A stretch of 64,000 nucleotides of DNA from Octopus vulgaris (taxonomy: Eukaryota). Positions 25,451 to 39,052 of this stretch are shown one piece after another; within the stretch, counting starts at the first letter, position 1, and every line of letters starts with the position of its first letter. The DNA lies in assembly GCA_951406725.2 (NCBI GenBank), contig OX597839.1:15314001-15378000 (forward strand). Reading direction: 5' to 3'. Made by a program: the position numbers and the translations under genes. The notes under the pieces are model-generated. The model was not told where the DNA came from and did not search any database. It saw only the letters and a list, made by a program, of their open reading frames with translations.

Positions 25451-28400
25451 ATGGTGTTCATTTACGGTGAGGTGAACTTGTGAGCTGAGGGATGCTGGAA
25501 AGAAATACATCAAGCTAACATTCAAAGGTCTCAGGCAAAACTAAGTTTCGTCGACTTTTGGGAGAGAGTTATATGAGTGAGTGTTTTCAATTACACTTCG
25601 GTTAGTATATGTTTCTGATACAGATATTTGGAAAAGGAATTTTGTGTCTGACAACATATCCCATTCATCTTGCTGTTTCTTTCTTGAATACAAACGTTAG
25701 GAAAAAATATTTCCGAGAATATTCTCTCTTTATATATAATACGTGTGTGTGTGTATATGTGTGTGTGTGTGTCTCTGTGTGTCTGTCTGTCTGTGTGTGT
25801 GTGTGTATAAACCTGCATGTTATTCCCGTCTGCGGGGAAAGAGAGCGAGGTGACGGACAGGCAGGCAGCTAGAAAGATTTACTATTCAAAAATGGCCTCG
25901 AGAATAAAACGTCAGTTGTTAATATACAAAAGAAGCGCAATTCTTGAAATACAGATACACTGCGTATCATCTCTAAGTTATTTACCAGCTTTATAATTTG
26001 TTCTTTATAACGTATAGCTATAAAGAACAAAAAACATATATAACTATTATTCTGCAGGATATCCTTCAGACAAAACTTTTCAAACAAAATATTGTTCTAC
26101 TTGTCTGGAAACCATCTGTTTTACAACTAGTAAGTTTCAATGATACAAGCAAAAAGAACTTAGTTTCCTGTTTGCAATCTTACAGAAACCAGCTTAGATA
26201 AATGGGTATTTTGTTTAAATGTAAGTCATTGAGTAATAGGCTTCTTAATTGTTATTGCGTTATACTTTTATCTTGATTTATACAACTACCTTATTTTCTC
26301 ATATTTCAACGTTTGGTTACGATAGATGTGTTTGCTCTTTTGACCATTGTCTTTTAAAAGTATAATGATCAAACCGTTCGATACGATATACAACGGAAGT
26401 CCTACCGACATGATCATTCTGCTGACTAATAAAAACCCGTATCCATCACTATAAGTTAACGAATCGCTCCTCATTTATTGCGCTTTCTCTGTTTATACTA
26501 TGAAGAATTTATTGCTCGATCAAGGAACCTGATTACAGCCAGTTAAACTTCACTATTAAGATTTATGTGATTGGCGGAAATGCGGTATAACACCAGTGAC
26601 AAGGAACGCACCATCGACTCCTATTGCTTGATTTCATTCACTGATTTAAATCATTGAACTGTGGTCGTTCCTACTATAAACTTGGCTCTCACGCTATAGA
26701 TTTGCCTTGCTGCAATTTGTGTAATTTCACTGTTTTGTGTGAACGAAGTTGCTTTATCGGTACCGTATCAATATAATACTTCATGTGAGCATAATCAAGA
26801 CTCGCACAAACCAATCATGATCAACATATGACAACATAAGGGAAAGAGCCAAAATTACGTGTAGAAATATTAAAATAAAAGGGTAAAATATCTCATTTCA
26901 TTATCTTTGTATGCAGTTTATGTGAGAGAGCAACTCTAGTGCATGTGCGGGCCTATTTATGTGTATGTGTGCGCGTGCATGAGCATTTCTGTATATTTTT
27001 ATTCTTGCACTATATATTTTTATTCTGGCCATAGATGTCATAAACAAATTATTCAACATAAATGGCAACAATTTACATAGCTGAACAATGCAGGGTAAGA
27101 TAAACTTTCTGCCTTGTATACAGTCATACTTATTTATGATTTCGGCGGTGTGGTTGAAAGAATGTACCACACTGCAGACGAAATACGCATGTTGTAACGT
27201 TTCACATACGTATTATGAAACTTTTGATTAAATGAAATTACCCCATACAATTAGTAGATAAAATCTCATTTCAGGGATTGTTAAATCTAAAAGCCACAGA
27301 CAAAGTGGTGACTCGATTTTTTAAATATTAACGATACTGTTGAGAGTAGATCTATTTGTAATTATATGAACTGAGTCCTACTACTACTACTTAGTTACAG
27401 ATTCTTTATCTCAAGTGTGAAAGACAACCATTGGTAGAAACCACTGAGACATGGCTTGCTAGTTCACATCTCACTGCAACCGTTGACTTGCTTCAGAGCA
27501 AATAATTATAACGAGTCTATGTGTGTTTCAATGTCAGTTTATACCATTGCAGTCGTATCAATAATATTCCGCGAGCCTTCTTTTCAATATATATAAATAA
27601 GAAAATTTTTCAGAACTTAAATAAAATTAATAACATTCTTGATTAAATAATTCCTGTTTTTGCTTACAGTAAATGTTGTGCTGTAGTCCTTATGCTTGTG
27701 GTTTACTGTATAACTTTCATGAAAATGTGATGAGAAACGCTGCTCTGTGTAATCGCTAGACCTTCTAGAAATAGCAACTAATGCTGTCTCAAATTTCAGC
27801 CGACCGTTTAAAAAAATGGTCATATTCAATAACATTCTGCGGTACGTTCAGAAAGAATATATGGAAAGGTCATGAATGCTATACTTTGATCATAGATCTG
27901 TCGGATCAGAGTTGCCTTGAGGCTAAACAGCTATAAGTCATTATAATTGTACCCCGTTTGCATAAAATTTCACGTCTAATTTAAAAACCTATTCATTTTA
28001 AAATATAGAACGGCAAAATAACAGCAATATAACACAGAACAAACTACCTTCCGCGCTGTATGTTTAAGTTTTGCCGATTTCGACTTCCCCTTTGTGCTTT
28101 TCTCCATTTCGATAATTATAAGTTGTTCTTCAGTTTCCAATCAGGATCCAGAAAACTTGTAATTATTCTGTACCTATTCAGAAACGCCTATCTAGAACTA
28201 TCTATAACGCCTATCTCTTTCTAAGATAGTGGGTAGTTAGTGATTTAGCTGCCATTTTAGCTAATGTTGGCTCAAAAGTATCAGTAAAAACCGTAAAATT
28301 GATTTCGCTCAACCTGCTTGGAACGAGAGTGAATTTTTCCCTTAAATGACATTACAGTTTTGGGAAAGGAAAATACATTGGATAATATAGTCTTTAAAAT

Positions 28401-29329
28401 ATTTCTAAAAAGATAGGATGGTTATGATTGGAAGAAATTACGTTTATTAGAGGCAGCTCGTTCAATCAGAGCTGGTATGGAGCTAAACAACAACAACAAC
28501 ATTCTTAGTATAAGTGGGAAAGGCAAATGTCCGAGTCAACAAAGTACCTTACGAGAAAAAAAAATTGGCGATTTGAATCCTGCCATTGACACTACGTTGC
28601 ACATGTAGTCAAGGCATGAATTTTAAATTACTCAATCAGCCTAATCGAAATAGATACTACGCGTCGGTAACAGTATGTCATTCTCGGCAATGGTAACACT
28701 GTAAATGTTGACTGTGGTTTATGAACTTGCAGTGCTGAGCTAAACCCTATTACGGTGGTTGCCTTTAGTGGCGTTCACTTTGTTGCAAGCATTGGAACCA
28801 GGTCTCCGGCCTGAGAACGGTTGCAAATGCTTGAAAATCACTCATTTACTCAAGTTCTCAATTTAAAATATATCACAACAAAATAAAATTAAGGACTTAT
28901 TTAAGAAAATGTTATTTACTTCAAGGTCAATCCTGATTCAGCTGACATTCCAACCATAATTTTCTTGTCTTTATTTTTCAATCAAAATTCTATATTATCA
29001 AGTGTGTCCTTTCCTTTTTGAGGCGGTATGGTGTAATTCGAATGAAATGTTTGGCAGACCAAGCGACAACATAGACATTCAACCTATGGTTCGAAAAAAA
29101 ATTAGTAATAGTAATATTTATTGAATCGACACATTAATATGGAGACTTCAATTTTCAAATTGTTTCTTTTGCTGCTCTAGCGAGTGGAGAGTTTCGTAAG
29201 CCAGTGATCTACCACCAAAGAATTGTCCTCATATGTTGTATCGTGGAAAAATCAATTTGGTGAAGCTCAACTCCAACCTATTGTTATATCACTTAAGCAG
29301 AGGAAGAAGAATAGAACCTCTATTCCCTT

Positions 29330-29875
29330 TTCAGCACTTGGAAGACTGGTAGAAAAGAGAAGAAAATAATCTGAAACGACTAGACTTGTAGTTAGTGGGT
29401 GGTCAAAACTGGACTAGAAAGGAGTACAGAAAACGCCAGGACAAATTGCGCAGGATGTACAGGGAACCCGGGCTACAGTTTACTGACAAATGATACGAAC
29501 ACAAACCCTTGCCAGTTGCAGAGAATGAGCAAGTGAAAGTCATATGGGATATGACAATTCACACAGATTAGAAGATGCAGCATTATTGACCAGAACTCGC
29601 TTACCCCCGGAAGAAGACCTATGGATGGATCTTGAATGACATGGCGCTAACTGCGGATCAGAACATGGTGGAGACAGAAAATGAGAAATCCGAAAGCTAT
29701 TAAGACTTGGAATTTGAAAAGTTAGAACTATTAGACATCACAGAAAGTACCTAGTTGACGGCCATACTCGAAACAGTGCACTGGAAAGTGTTGCTTCTCT
29801 AAGCTGCAGGAAGACAAGATATGATATAGCTAACCCAGAAGAACATCAAGATTGATGTGAGTCGTGATAATAATA
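29330..29875 (+). pseudogene. R4/NeSL-type LINE 3' relic (zinc knuckle plus restriction-like endonuclease)
   Basis: ET..VVSG.SKL..KEYRKRQDK, YEHKPLPVAENEQVKVIWDMTIHTD, DMALTADQNMVETENEK..SY.DL; followed by (TAA)n. Confidence 0.75.
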
Positions 29876-29877
29876 AT

Positions 29878-30087
29878 GACCCTTTCTATTATTGGCATAA
29901 GGCCTGAAATTTTGGGGGAGGAACAAGTTTATTACATTGATTCCAGTTTTCGACTGATACTTACTTTATCGACCATCTAAAGAATGGAAAGCAAAGTGAC
30001 GTCAACAGATTCTGAATTCAGAATATAAATCAGAAGTGCCTCTAAGCATTTTGTTCGGTGCGGCATCAACTCTGCCAGTTTGCTGCT

Positions 30088-30140
<53 letters not shown>

Positions 30141-30772
30141 CCTTTCTATTATAAGCACAAGGCCTGAAGTTTTGGGGGAGGGAACTAGTCGATTACATCG
30201 ACTGGTACCTAATTTATCGACCCCGAAAGAATGAAAGGCAAAGTCGACCACGGTGGAACTTGAACTCAAAACGTTGCGACGGGCGAAATACCGCTAAGCA
30301 TTTCACCCGGCGTGCTAACGATTCTGCCAGCTCGCCGTTTTTTTAAATAATTTCTAATTACGGCACAAGGCTAGTAATTTTGAAGGCATAATAATAGTAG
30401 TAATAATAACTTCTAATTACGGTACACGACTAGTGATTTTGAAGGCATAGGTTAGTCGATACCACCGAAACCAGTACAAGGCAAAGTTGACCTCGGCGAA
30501 ATTTGAACACAAAACATGAAGGCATTTTTCCCGAGGTTCTAAAAATTATGCCAACTTAAATTGTTTCCGATTTAGGCACAAAAACAGTAATGTTGAGGGC
30601 AGGGAATAAGCCGATTACATCGACTCCAAAACGATGAAAGGCAAAGTTGGCGTCGACTGAATTTGAACTTAGATTGTAATGAATCAGAAAAAAATTGCCA
30701 CTAAGCATTTTGTCTGATTTTTAAACGATTCTGACAGCTTGCTACTTAATAATAATAATAATAATAATAATA
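29878..30772 (-). repeat. Cluster of 4-5 stacked tRNA-derived SINE copies (Nin/Deu-domain type) separated by (TAA)n
   Basis: Best copy 30140-30336 matches 63675-63886; others at 29878-30086, 30350-30560 and 30570-30745. Confidence 0.8.
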
Positions 30773-32119
30773 AAACAGTGCTAAAAATTTTTTTTTCCAA
30801 TTTATGTGCCCTTTTGCATAGTTTTTAATGAAAAAAGGCCAGATTCAAATCTCCACCCATTCTTCGTAAAGCTAAAAAAATTACAACCATTACGAGAGAT
30901 CCAGTAACTCTTTAAAGGTTATTGCTAAAGGTTTGGTCTATCTCAGGAATTTCATATAATAGTCTCATACAAGAGCACTATTCGCAGGCGACCTCTATCG
31001 AAAGAATGTGCAGTTAGCATTCTGGTTACAAATAGCTTTCAGGAGCCGATAACACAAGTTATCTAGACAGTTTTAATGTGTGTGTGTGTGTGTGTGTGTA
31101 TGTGCGTGCGCACAGTTTTCTGTTTACTCTATTTGACTGTTGTTTTTCTAAATAGTCACGACTGGCTCAAGATGAAAAAGTAGTAGTAGTAGTAGTAATA
31201 CTTTTCACAAAGCAGTTTTAAAAGTGAGATGGGAGTAAACTAAGAATATTTGAATTTATTCCCGTTTGAAGCCTTCCTGCTTAATATCTACGCAAAGCCA
31301 GGTGTTTATCATGTAAAAGCCTAGAAGATTTCGAATTCAATGATAAAGTTTTAAACACTCAGTATGTATGCATGCATATGTGAATGTCAGTATGTTTGCG
31401 TACGCGTATGCACGCACTCATAATATTACAAATTTAGTTTTGTAAAAGCCATGTTAAAGAACCTTTAAGTGGGAGAAGATAAACTAAAAATTATGGGACA
31501 CGGATGGATGGAAAAGTATAGATTATGCTATTTATAGCTGGAGGCCTGAAATCACCGTATCCGGTTGATGGGGATGAACTGTAAAAAGACCAGAATAGAA
31601 TTCATGGATGGAATAAACACTGTAAAAATGAAATGAAAAAAGCAATCACAAGAAAAACGGTGATGCTCACCGGAGGCTGATTTTTAAGCCCTCTAGATTG
31701 GTCTCATTTAGCCATTGTCCTGCATGTCAACATTCAAGTGGCAACTGCCCACTCCATTTTTTTTTTTTTTTTGCGTATGTGGTTTTGAGATGAAGATGTG
31801 GTAAGGCGAGATGGTAGAGGAAAGACAAAAAATACAGATGGGAGTTTGAAAGGCCAGTGTGGTCGTGTATATATGTGGGTGGGTGTAAGTACAGGACGTG
31901 GGGAAAATGAAATTTTTATTTGTTGTGGTTGGACTACTAATATGGAGAGAGTCAACCCTTACTATTAAAGTGAACTCGACCTGTTGGTTAAGCGATACTT
32001 TCATTCGGGAGAACAAAGTAAAAATATTTCACAATATAGAATTCATTTAACCACTAATGAAATCCTATCGTTTTGTGTTGCTTTTACACTTTTTAGGACA
32101 ATCATGAGGACGCTTGCTT

Positions 32120-32173
<54 letters not shown>

Positions 32174-32403
32174 GCGTCTAAGAGTCCAGAAGTTAGGAAA
32201 AAATGCACTCGTATATCTGTCAGTAGAGTAGGTATATTAATATGGCGCCAGCTCTCTATAGAGCAGTCGCTATATTTCATTCCAAAGCGGCTACCTCTGA
32301 AGAGCACTGGGTTACATAATCGGACTGTTACCTGACATTCTGTTTAAACCTTAATGCGAAAAGGTTTGGTAAGATCAGCCGTAATGGATATATAATACTG
32401 ATA

Positions 32404-32449
<46 letters not shown>

Positions 32450-32450
<1 letters not shown>

Positions 32451-32905
32451 GCATATATGGGTACAGGACGTTACCAACAGTAAACAACATGAAATACGAA
32501 AGCAAATGAGTTCAATATACAAACAACACTGGAAAGAAATGAAAAACAGGACAAATAACATAAAGAACGACCCTTCATCAGTTATCAGCTGTCTATCTAC
32601 TCTCCATTACGAGCATTGAATGACAATATGAGTCTCCGAAGACAGTTGCTCCCATAAGTACCAAAATAAAATTAGGGATTTATGGAGTGTCAAAGTTGGG
32701 AACAAAAAGAGGACAGTGGAGACACACAAGGAAACCGAACGAAATCAAACATGGAAGGCCGTAGACCAGAATGAGGGGAAAAAAAGCGAACGGTAGAGAA
32801 ATATTTTCTTTGAGAAGAGAAAAGATAGAAGACAGATATAGGATACGTGCTGTCCTTAAGACGGTCCTGAAAGAAAAGAAAGACGATCGCGTGAGAAAGA
32901 GAAAA
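32450..32905 (-). mobile_element. Non-coding dispersed repeat, same family as 60340-61455
   Basis: Reverse complement aligns with ~60690-61145 (e.g. GTTCCCAACTTTGAC.CTCCATAAATCC, GGGAGCAA.TGTCTT). Confidence 0.75.
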
Positions 32906-32952
32906 TACTTTTGTGTGTATATATATATATACATATATATATATAACACTTT

Positions 32953-32998
<46 letters not shown>

Positions 32999-33001
32999 TT
33001 T

Positions 33002-33039
<38 letters not shown>

Positions 33040-33556
33040 CTTTTGTATATATATAATACTTTTGTATATATATATATATATATATACTTTTGTATATATA
33101 TATATATAATACTTTTGTATATATATAATACTTTTGTATATATATATATATATAATACTTTTGTATATATATATATATAATACTTTTGTATATATATAAT
33201 ACTTTTGTATATATATATATATATAATACTTTTGTATATATATATATATAATACTTTTGTATATATATATATATAATACTTTTGTATATATATATATAAT
33301 ACTTTTGTATATATATATATATATAATACTTTTGTATATATATATATAATACTTTTGTATATATATATATATATAATACTTTTGTATATATATATATATA
33401 ATACTTTTGTATATATATATATATAATACTTTTGTATATATATATATATATATAATACTTTTGTATATATATATATAATACTTTTGTATATATATATATA
33501 TAATACTTTTGTATATATATATATATATAATACTTTTGTATATATATATATAATAC

Positions 33557-33601
<45 letters not shown>

Positions 33602-34165
33602 CTTTTGTATATATATATATATAATACTTTTGTATATATATATATAATACTTTTGTATATATATATATATATAATACTTTTGTGTATATATATATATATA
33701 TATAATACTTTTGTGTGTATATATATATATACACAGGAGTGGCTGTGGTAAGTAGCTTGCTAACCAATCACATGGTTCCGGGTTCAGTCCCACTGCGTGG
33801 CATCTTGGGCAAGTGTCTTCTGCTATAGCCCCGGACCGACCAATGCCTTGTGAGTGGATTTGGTAGACGGAAACTGAAAGAAGCCTGTCGTATATATGTA
33901 TATATATATATATGTATGTGTGTGTTTGTGTGTCTGTGTTTGTTCCCCTAGCATTGCTTGACAACCGATGCTGGTGTGTTTACGTCCCCGTCACTTAGCG
34001 GTTCGGCAAAAGAGACCGATAGAATAAGTACTGGGCTTACAAAAAAAAAGAATAAGTCCCGGGGTCGAGTTGCGCGACTAAAGGCGGTGCTCCAGCATGG
34101 CCGCAGTCAAATGACTGAAACAAGTAAAAGAGTAAAAGAGTAAAGAGTAATATATATAATACTTT

Positions 34166-34204
<39 letters not shown>

Positions 34205-34210
34205 TACTTT

Positions 34211-34257
<47 letters not shown>

Positions 34258-34325
34258 CTTTTGTGTGTGTATATATATATATAATACTTTTGTGTATATA
34301 TATATAATACTTTTGTATATATACA
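32905..34325. repeat. Compound minisatellite [AATACTTTTGT(AT)n], roughly 35 units, interrupted by a SINE
   Basis: Direct observation; unit count approximate. Confidence 0.9.
33734..34150 (+). repeat. Full-length tRNA-derived CORE-type SINE with (GTAAAAGA)n tail; partial copies near 43040-43160, 43860-44020, 44365-44530 (minus), 52630-52965
   Basis: A-box TGGCTGTGGTAAG, B-box GGTTCAGTCCC, CORE-like CTTGGGCAAGT, internal microsatellite, repeated tail. Confidence 0.82.
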
Positions 34326-34812
34326 TATATATAACAGTATGAAAATTCTGGACACTAATAACAGCTCTGAACAGCCACGCGTTTTATTTAATCTTTTTAT
34401 CTTTGTTTATATGCGCTTTCATTGAAGATACCTTTGCTTTTCAGATGTTCTGTATTATTAGACATATCATTTTCAAGATTATGGCGTAAAAGCCATAAGT
34501 AAGCATGTGTGCAGATATGTGTCAGGTATTCTGCGCTGACGAAATATGTTAAACTTCTTAGCTCGGTCGATATCAGTATAAAAAATGTTAAATGATATTG
34601 TGGATTCGCATACACACGCGTATACGATGCACATAGGAATACCAGTTTACTTCCTGATGGTAACTACATGTATATAAATGTATTTTGGGAAAAGGAAACC
34701 TAAAGACTCAGATTTTGATATTAAATAAACATTTCTAAGAAAATATATCTTACAAGTTTGAGAAAGAAACAGTTTGTGTGTGAGTGTGAATATTTTATGT
34801 GTATATATCTAA

Positions 34813-34886
<74 letters not shown>

Positions 34887-35019
34887 GTGAAATGTTTTAA
34901 AAAATACTTGAGGAATGGTGCCTCATTAGCCAGCATCACTCCCCACCTATTCAAGAATGCTTGAAGCGTTCACCTTTAAAAGAACAAAGATGACAGACGA
35001 TCATGTGACAGTCATAAAA

Positions 35020-35560
35020 TTATTTCCCTCTGGCAATTACTGGCAACATCTTAACAGCAAAATCTCCTGAATCACTTCATTCACCATCATATTACTAACA
35101 ATCTCCAGTCAAAAAGCCAATCTAACTTTACTTGTGAAAGAAGCACTGCTGATCTGATATTTGCAGTAAAACAGATTCAGGAGAAGTATATGTATATATG
35201 ATGAACGCTTATGTATATTTGTCGAATGCTTTTAACTCAGTGGTCGTGGTAGTTTGTGGAGAATCCTCGCCAAACATACTTCTGTACCCATTTTCGTTCG
35301 TATGGTGCACCCATTTTATGACATTCAAGCGATTGTAAGAGCAATAGCGGCATGTCTGTAGCAGTATCACTCACAAATGATATAAATTATGATTGTATCT
35401 TAGTACTTACCCGTTTCAGAACCATGTTTTCTGCCATCTTGAAAGAAGCCTTCAGAACACTTCCACCTGAAATTAGCATTTAGTACAGATATGATGACAA
35501 ATAGTTTATTATTCGCAGGTTGCAAGCAAAGACCCAAGTTAAGCATCGGAATTTCTGGTT
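35020..35560 (+). pseudogene. RTE-clade reverse transcriptase fragment
   Basis: LLNHFIHH...SQSNFTCERSTADLIFAVKQIQEK, NAFNSV, LWRILAK. Confidence 0.7.
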
Positions 35561-35564
35561 ACTT

Positions 35565-35745
35565 CTTTTTGTACTAGAAGAGTCCTGTAGGCAAGCATAT
35601 GGGTGCGACATGAGTAAAAAAGTACCCTTCTTCTATAGTCATAGATTTCCAGAGAATCTCGGAAATTTCAGTAAGGAACTAGGGGAGAAGTTTCACCAGA
35701 CGAGTATAAGGTTTCGAAGTGGCACAGTCGTGAGAGAATGAGATA
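35565..35745 (+). pseudogene. Chapaev3-like (CMC/Transib-related) transposase C-terminal fragment
   Basis: YGCDMSKKVPFFYSHRFPENLGNFSKELGEKFHQ resembles the recalled consensus GCNMSLKIHFLHSHLDFFPENLGxxSDEQGERFHQD. Confidence 0.6.
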
Positions 35746-37944
35746 GGTTTATCTGCCATTTTTAATCTAGCTGGTCCAGTGACTATATTAATGCTCCCTT
35801 GTTGGGTCGTTCTTTACTCGCAATTTATTAAAGGCTCATGATGCGTGTGTATGTATGTGCGCGTGTCTGCATGTGCAAGAGAAGGTGGTGAGACACTATT
35901 ATGCCAATCTCTGCAGTGTTTCCAGCTAACTTGATATGGACACTGGCGTGATGCTTTGGGGCTTTCAAATAACGTACTTCATACGTGCCTCAACAGCTGT
36001 GAACAGGGTCAATGCTAAAATTAATAAAATGTTTAAGTTGAACTCCACCTCTTGGTATAGTTTGGGAAAGAAGATTGTGTCATGTAATTACTGAAGAATT
36101 CGCGTTCAAGTACGAACTTTTGGGAGACGTCTATGTACTTGCTCGGCTCGCCAGAGAAAGTAGCCACATCTTTCTCGAATCATAAAGCAACGAAAAAGCC
36201 TTCAAATCTTTCAACCTGCGAAAAATGCTATTGAAATATCCCTTAAAGTACATTCTACGGTCTTTACACAGAAAGAAAGTATAGGACAATGTAGTTCCTG
36301 AAACAGACAGGCGGGATGCTTACGACTGGAGTGTCTTTGCTCAAAGTTTATGTTTAAAATAGCGACAATGACATTATTTTCAAGGTACTTGGAGTATTAT
36401 CACTTAAAACGTTATTGTGTTACCACAGTGAGCTTTATGAGATATATGCGAGTTGCAGATAACTAAATCCCTAATGTATCGAATACCTTGCTGCGAGTTC
36501 AAGTTCATGACCTTTCATCTACGCTTTGTCTCCGGAGGTTGTGTCAGTAACAGTGACCGACCCTTCTTTTCCTTGTTTCTGTAGCTGAAACACATGCTAG
36601 TCGATATGAAGGCCAAATTCATGTTGTTTTTGATTTTGTCTCTCGGTCAACTCTGATTTAGTAGACATATGATCAAAATCATTGCTGCTGTGACCATCAC
36701 TTCATTTTATAGATAAACCAAAGACCACATTTATCCAATGTATTTCTTTCCTTATTTAAGGTGTCAGAATATGATTTTTGAGCGATTTGGCTACTATTTC
36801 TGACAGGTTAGATAACCACGGAAGTACTCCCTAGCAAATATGACATAAAATTTCGTTGCTCCATTTCGAGTTTTAACGGTAGTAAATTGGAAGAAAAAAA
36901 GGAGGCATAAAATGTATGAGCTCGAAGCAACAGTGGGATGGAGGCTAAACAGGTGTGAAAATGGCATTCTATACTCTCTTAGCTGACTGTGTTGCGAAGG
37001 GTGTACGGAGAGAAAATAAAGAGTCGAAAGGCAGTGGAATAAGAGACCGGAAGTCCAATTAATTTGGATCCCGCATTCAAAAAGCTGATGCATATAATAA
37101 GCTGGCCTGTCTTCTAATAAAACATCAATCTGTCTATAATTGATTACATTCTCTGATCTCTGACCTGATCCTTGGTGACTCTCTCTAATAATTCTAATTT
37201 CCTGCTAATATACGTTTTAAAGTTATGCAAACCCATTACTCCAGTTTATCAGACGTTTTTAAAGGTTTAGTGTGGAGGAAGGGGTTGCGTTCATGACCTT
37301 CATAGGCTCTTCGGAATTGGTGAAATCTGTTAATGTTCTTCCTGAGCAGCTTCAAGTTTACCGTTGAACCACACGCGCGCGCGCGCAAATAACAGGCACA
37401 CATATTTATCGAGCCAGACTTTAGTAAAAACGTCAATGAAATAGAGGAATTCAAACTTCAGAGTGAGCGAGATAACAAATAGAAAATAAATCAGGGTAAA
37501 TACTTTCAAATAAACATATATAGTCTTTATATATCCTCTTTTATGAATAGCTTTAAGTGACAAAGAAAAGGTGATAATTTCAAGAATTCAAAATATTTTT
37601 GTCTTTTTTAAGAGAAAAATATAATTTGAACTCAAATGAAGTTCAAGACGAATATTTTGGAGAAAACCCCGTCTAAATATATTAAGCATAAAAAAGTTAT
37701 GACGTTTTGTGATTACGTATTGATTTTTATTATTCTGTTCATGTATTAAAATGTTTTACACATTACAAATATATTAAATTCCAAAATTTCACTCATGAAA
37801 AAATCTAATTAATTATTATTTCATTAGAATATAACATTATTTTATAACAAAAATTGTTTAAAAACATATTTACTTGTAACAGATAGTATCATTTTTTTTC
37901 TTTTAATCATAAAGGTAAATTATAATAATAGAAGCGTTGCTTGG

Positions 37945-38931
37945 AAAAAAAAAAGTGGACAAGAATGAAAATATTCTTAAGTATTGAACCCGAAGTACAG
38001 AACAAGTAACAATTAAGTCTGGAAAAATATAGTACAAGAAGAAAGAAAAACTTAAAATATTACTGCTGAAGTTTGGGAGCCCTGTATAGCCGCTCATAAC
38101 TTTTTATTGTTTGGAATTTTCGGAAAATTTATGGGAATTTGTATTCTACATACGGGAATTCATACGATTATGCAAAAAAAATGTATTTTACTCTCATCTT
38201 CCATAAATCCTAGAATATGCACTCTTGTTTTTTTTTTAAATCAAAGTTGGGTAGTTTGAATCTGTAAATTTGTTTCTGTTTATAATTTCAAAATAATTTT
38301 TGAAATCCTTTGAAGTGCAAATTCAAAAAGTTAAAAAATATTCTCGCATACGCATGGCCTAATTATGGACTTTGGATCATAAATGTTTTTACTTTTTGAT
38401 ATTTTCAGAAATTGTTTACGATTATGCACACTTATGCAAAACTTCTTATGATTAAAATTTTTTCCTCTCTTTCCATAAATCCTTGCAGATGCTCAAATTC
38501 GACTTTACTCGAAACGATATTTTAAAAAAATGAAAGCTAATGAACAAAATTGAGTGCAGAGTGTAGAAACAATTCTCTAGTTCCAATTTTTAAAAAATTA
38601 CGGGTTATAATTGTCATTTTTGCTTAAACTATTTTGTGATTTTTAAAAATATGTAAATTTGTAATATCAAATTTTTAATTTGTAAATTTAGAGGCAATTA
38701 ATCTTTTCACTAAAACTGAAAATTAATAACTTTTTGAATATTTCAATTTAAACATTTAAGTAAAAATATGAAAGGGCGTTTATTATTACTTTAGTTTTTA
38801 AATTCTAACTTCAGTAGTAATATTTTGATTTTTTTTTTGCCTTTATTTTTCTAGGCTTAATTACTGCTTGTTCTGTACATTTCCCGGTTCAATACATAAG
38901 AATATTCCAGGATTCTGTGCTCGCACTTTTC

Positions 38932-38935
<4 letters not shown>
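37945..38935. mobile_element. AT-rich non-autonomous DNA transposon with ~125-bp imperfect terminal inverted repeats
   Basis: 37960-38075 aligns to the reverse complement of 38800-38920 (AATATTCTTA.GTATTGAACC...GTACAGAACAAG...AATTAAG.CT.GAAAAATA...AAAATATTACT.CTGAAGTT). Confidence 0.7.
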
Positions 38936-38978
<43 letters not shown>

Positions 38979-39011
38979 ATAAGATAAGATAAGATAAACT
39001 TACTTGGAAAT

Positions 39012-39052
<41 letters not shown>

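Noticed and set aside
25900-26474. Possible hAT transposase relic (SRMIMSVGLPLYIVSNG)
   Set aside because: One weak motif resemblance, not enough to call without an HMM search
32905-33725. CRISPR-like regularly spaced repeat
   Set aside because: Spacers are only (AT)n, the repeat is 11 bp, there are no cas genes and the context is eukaryotic
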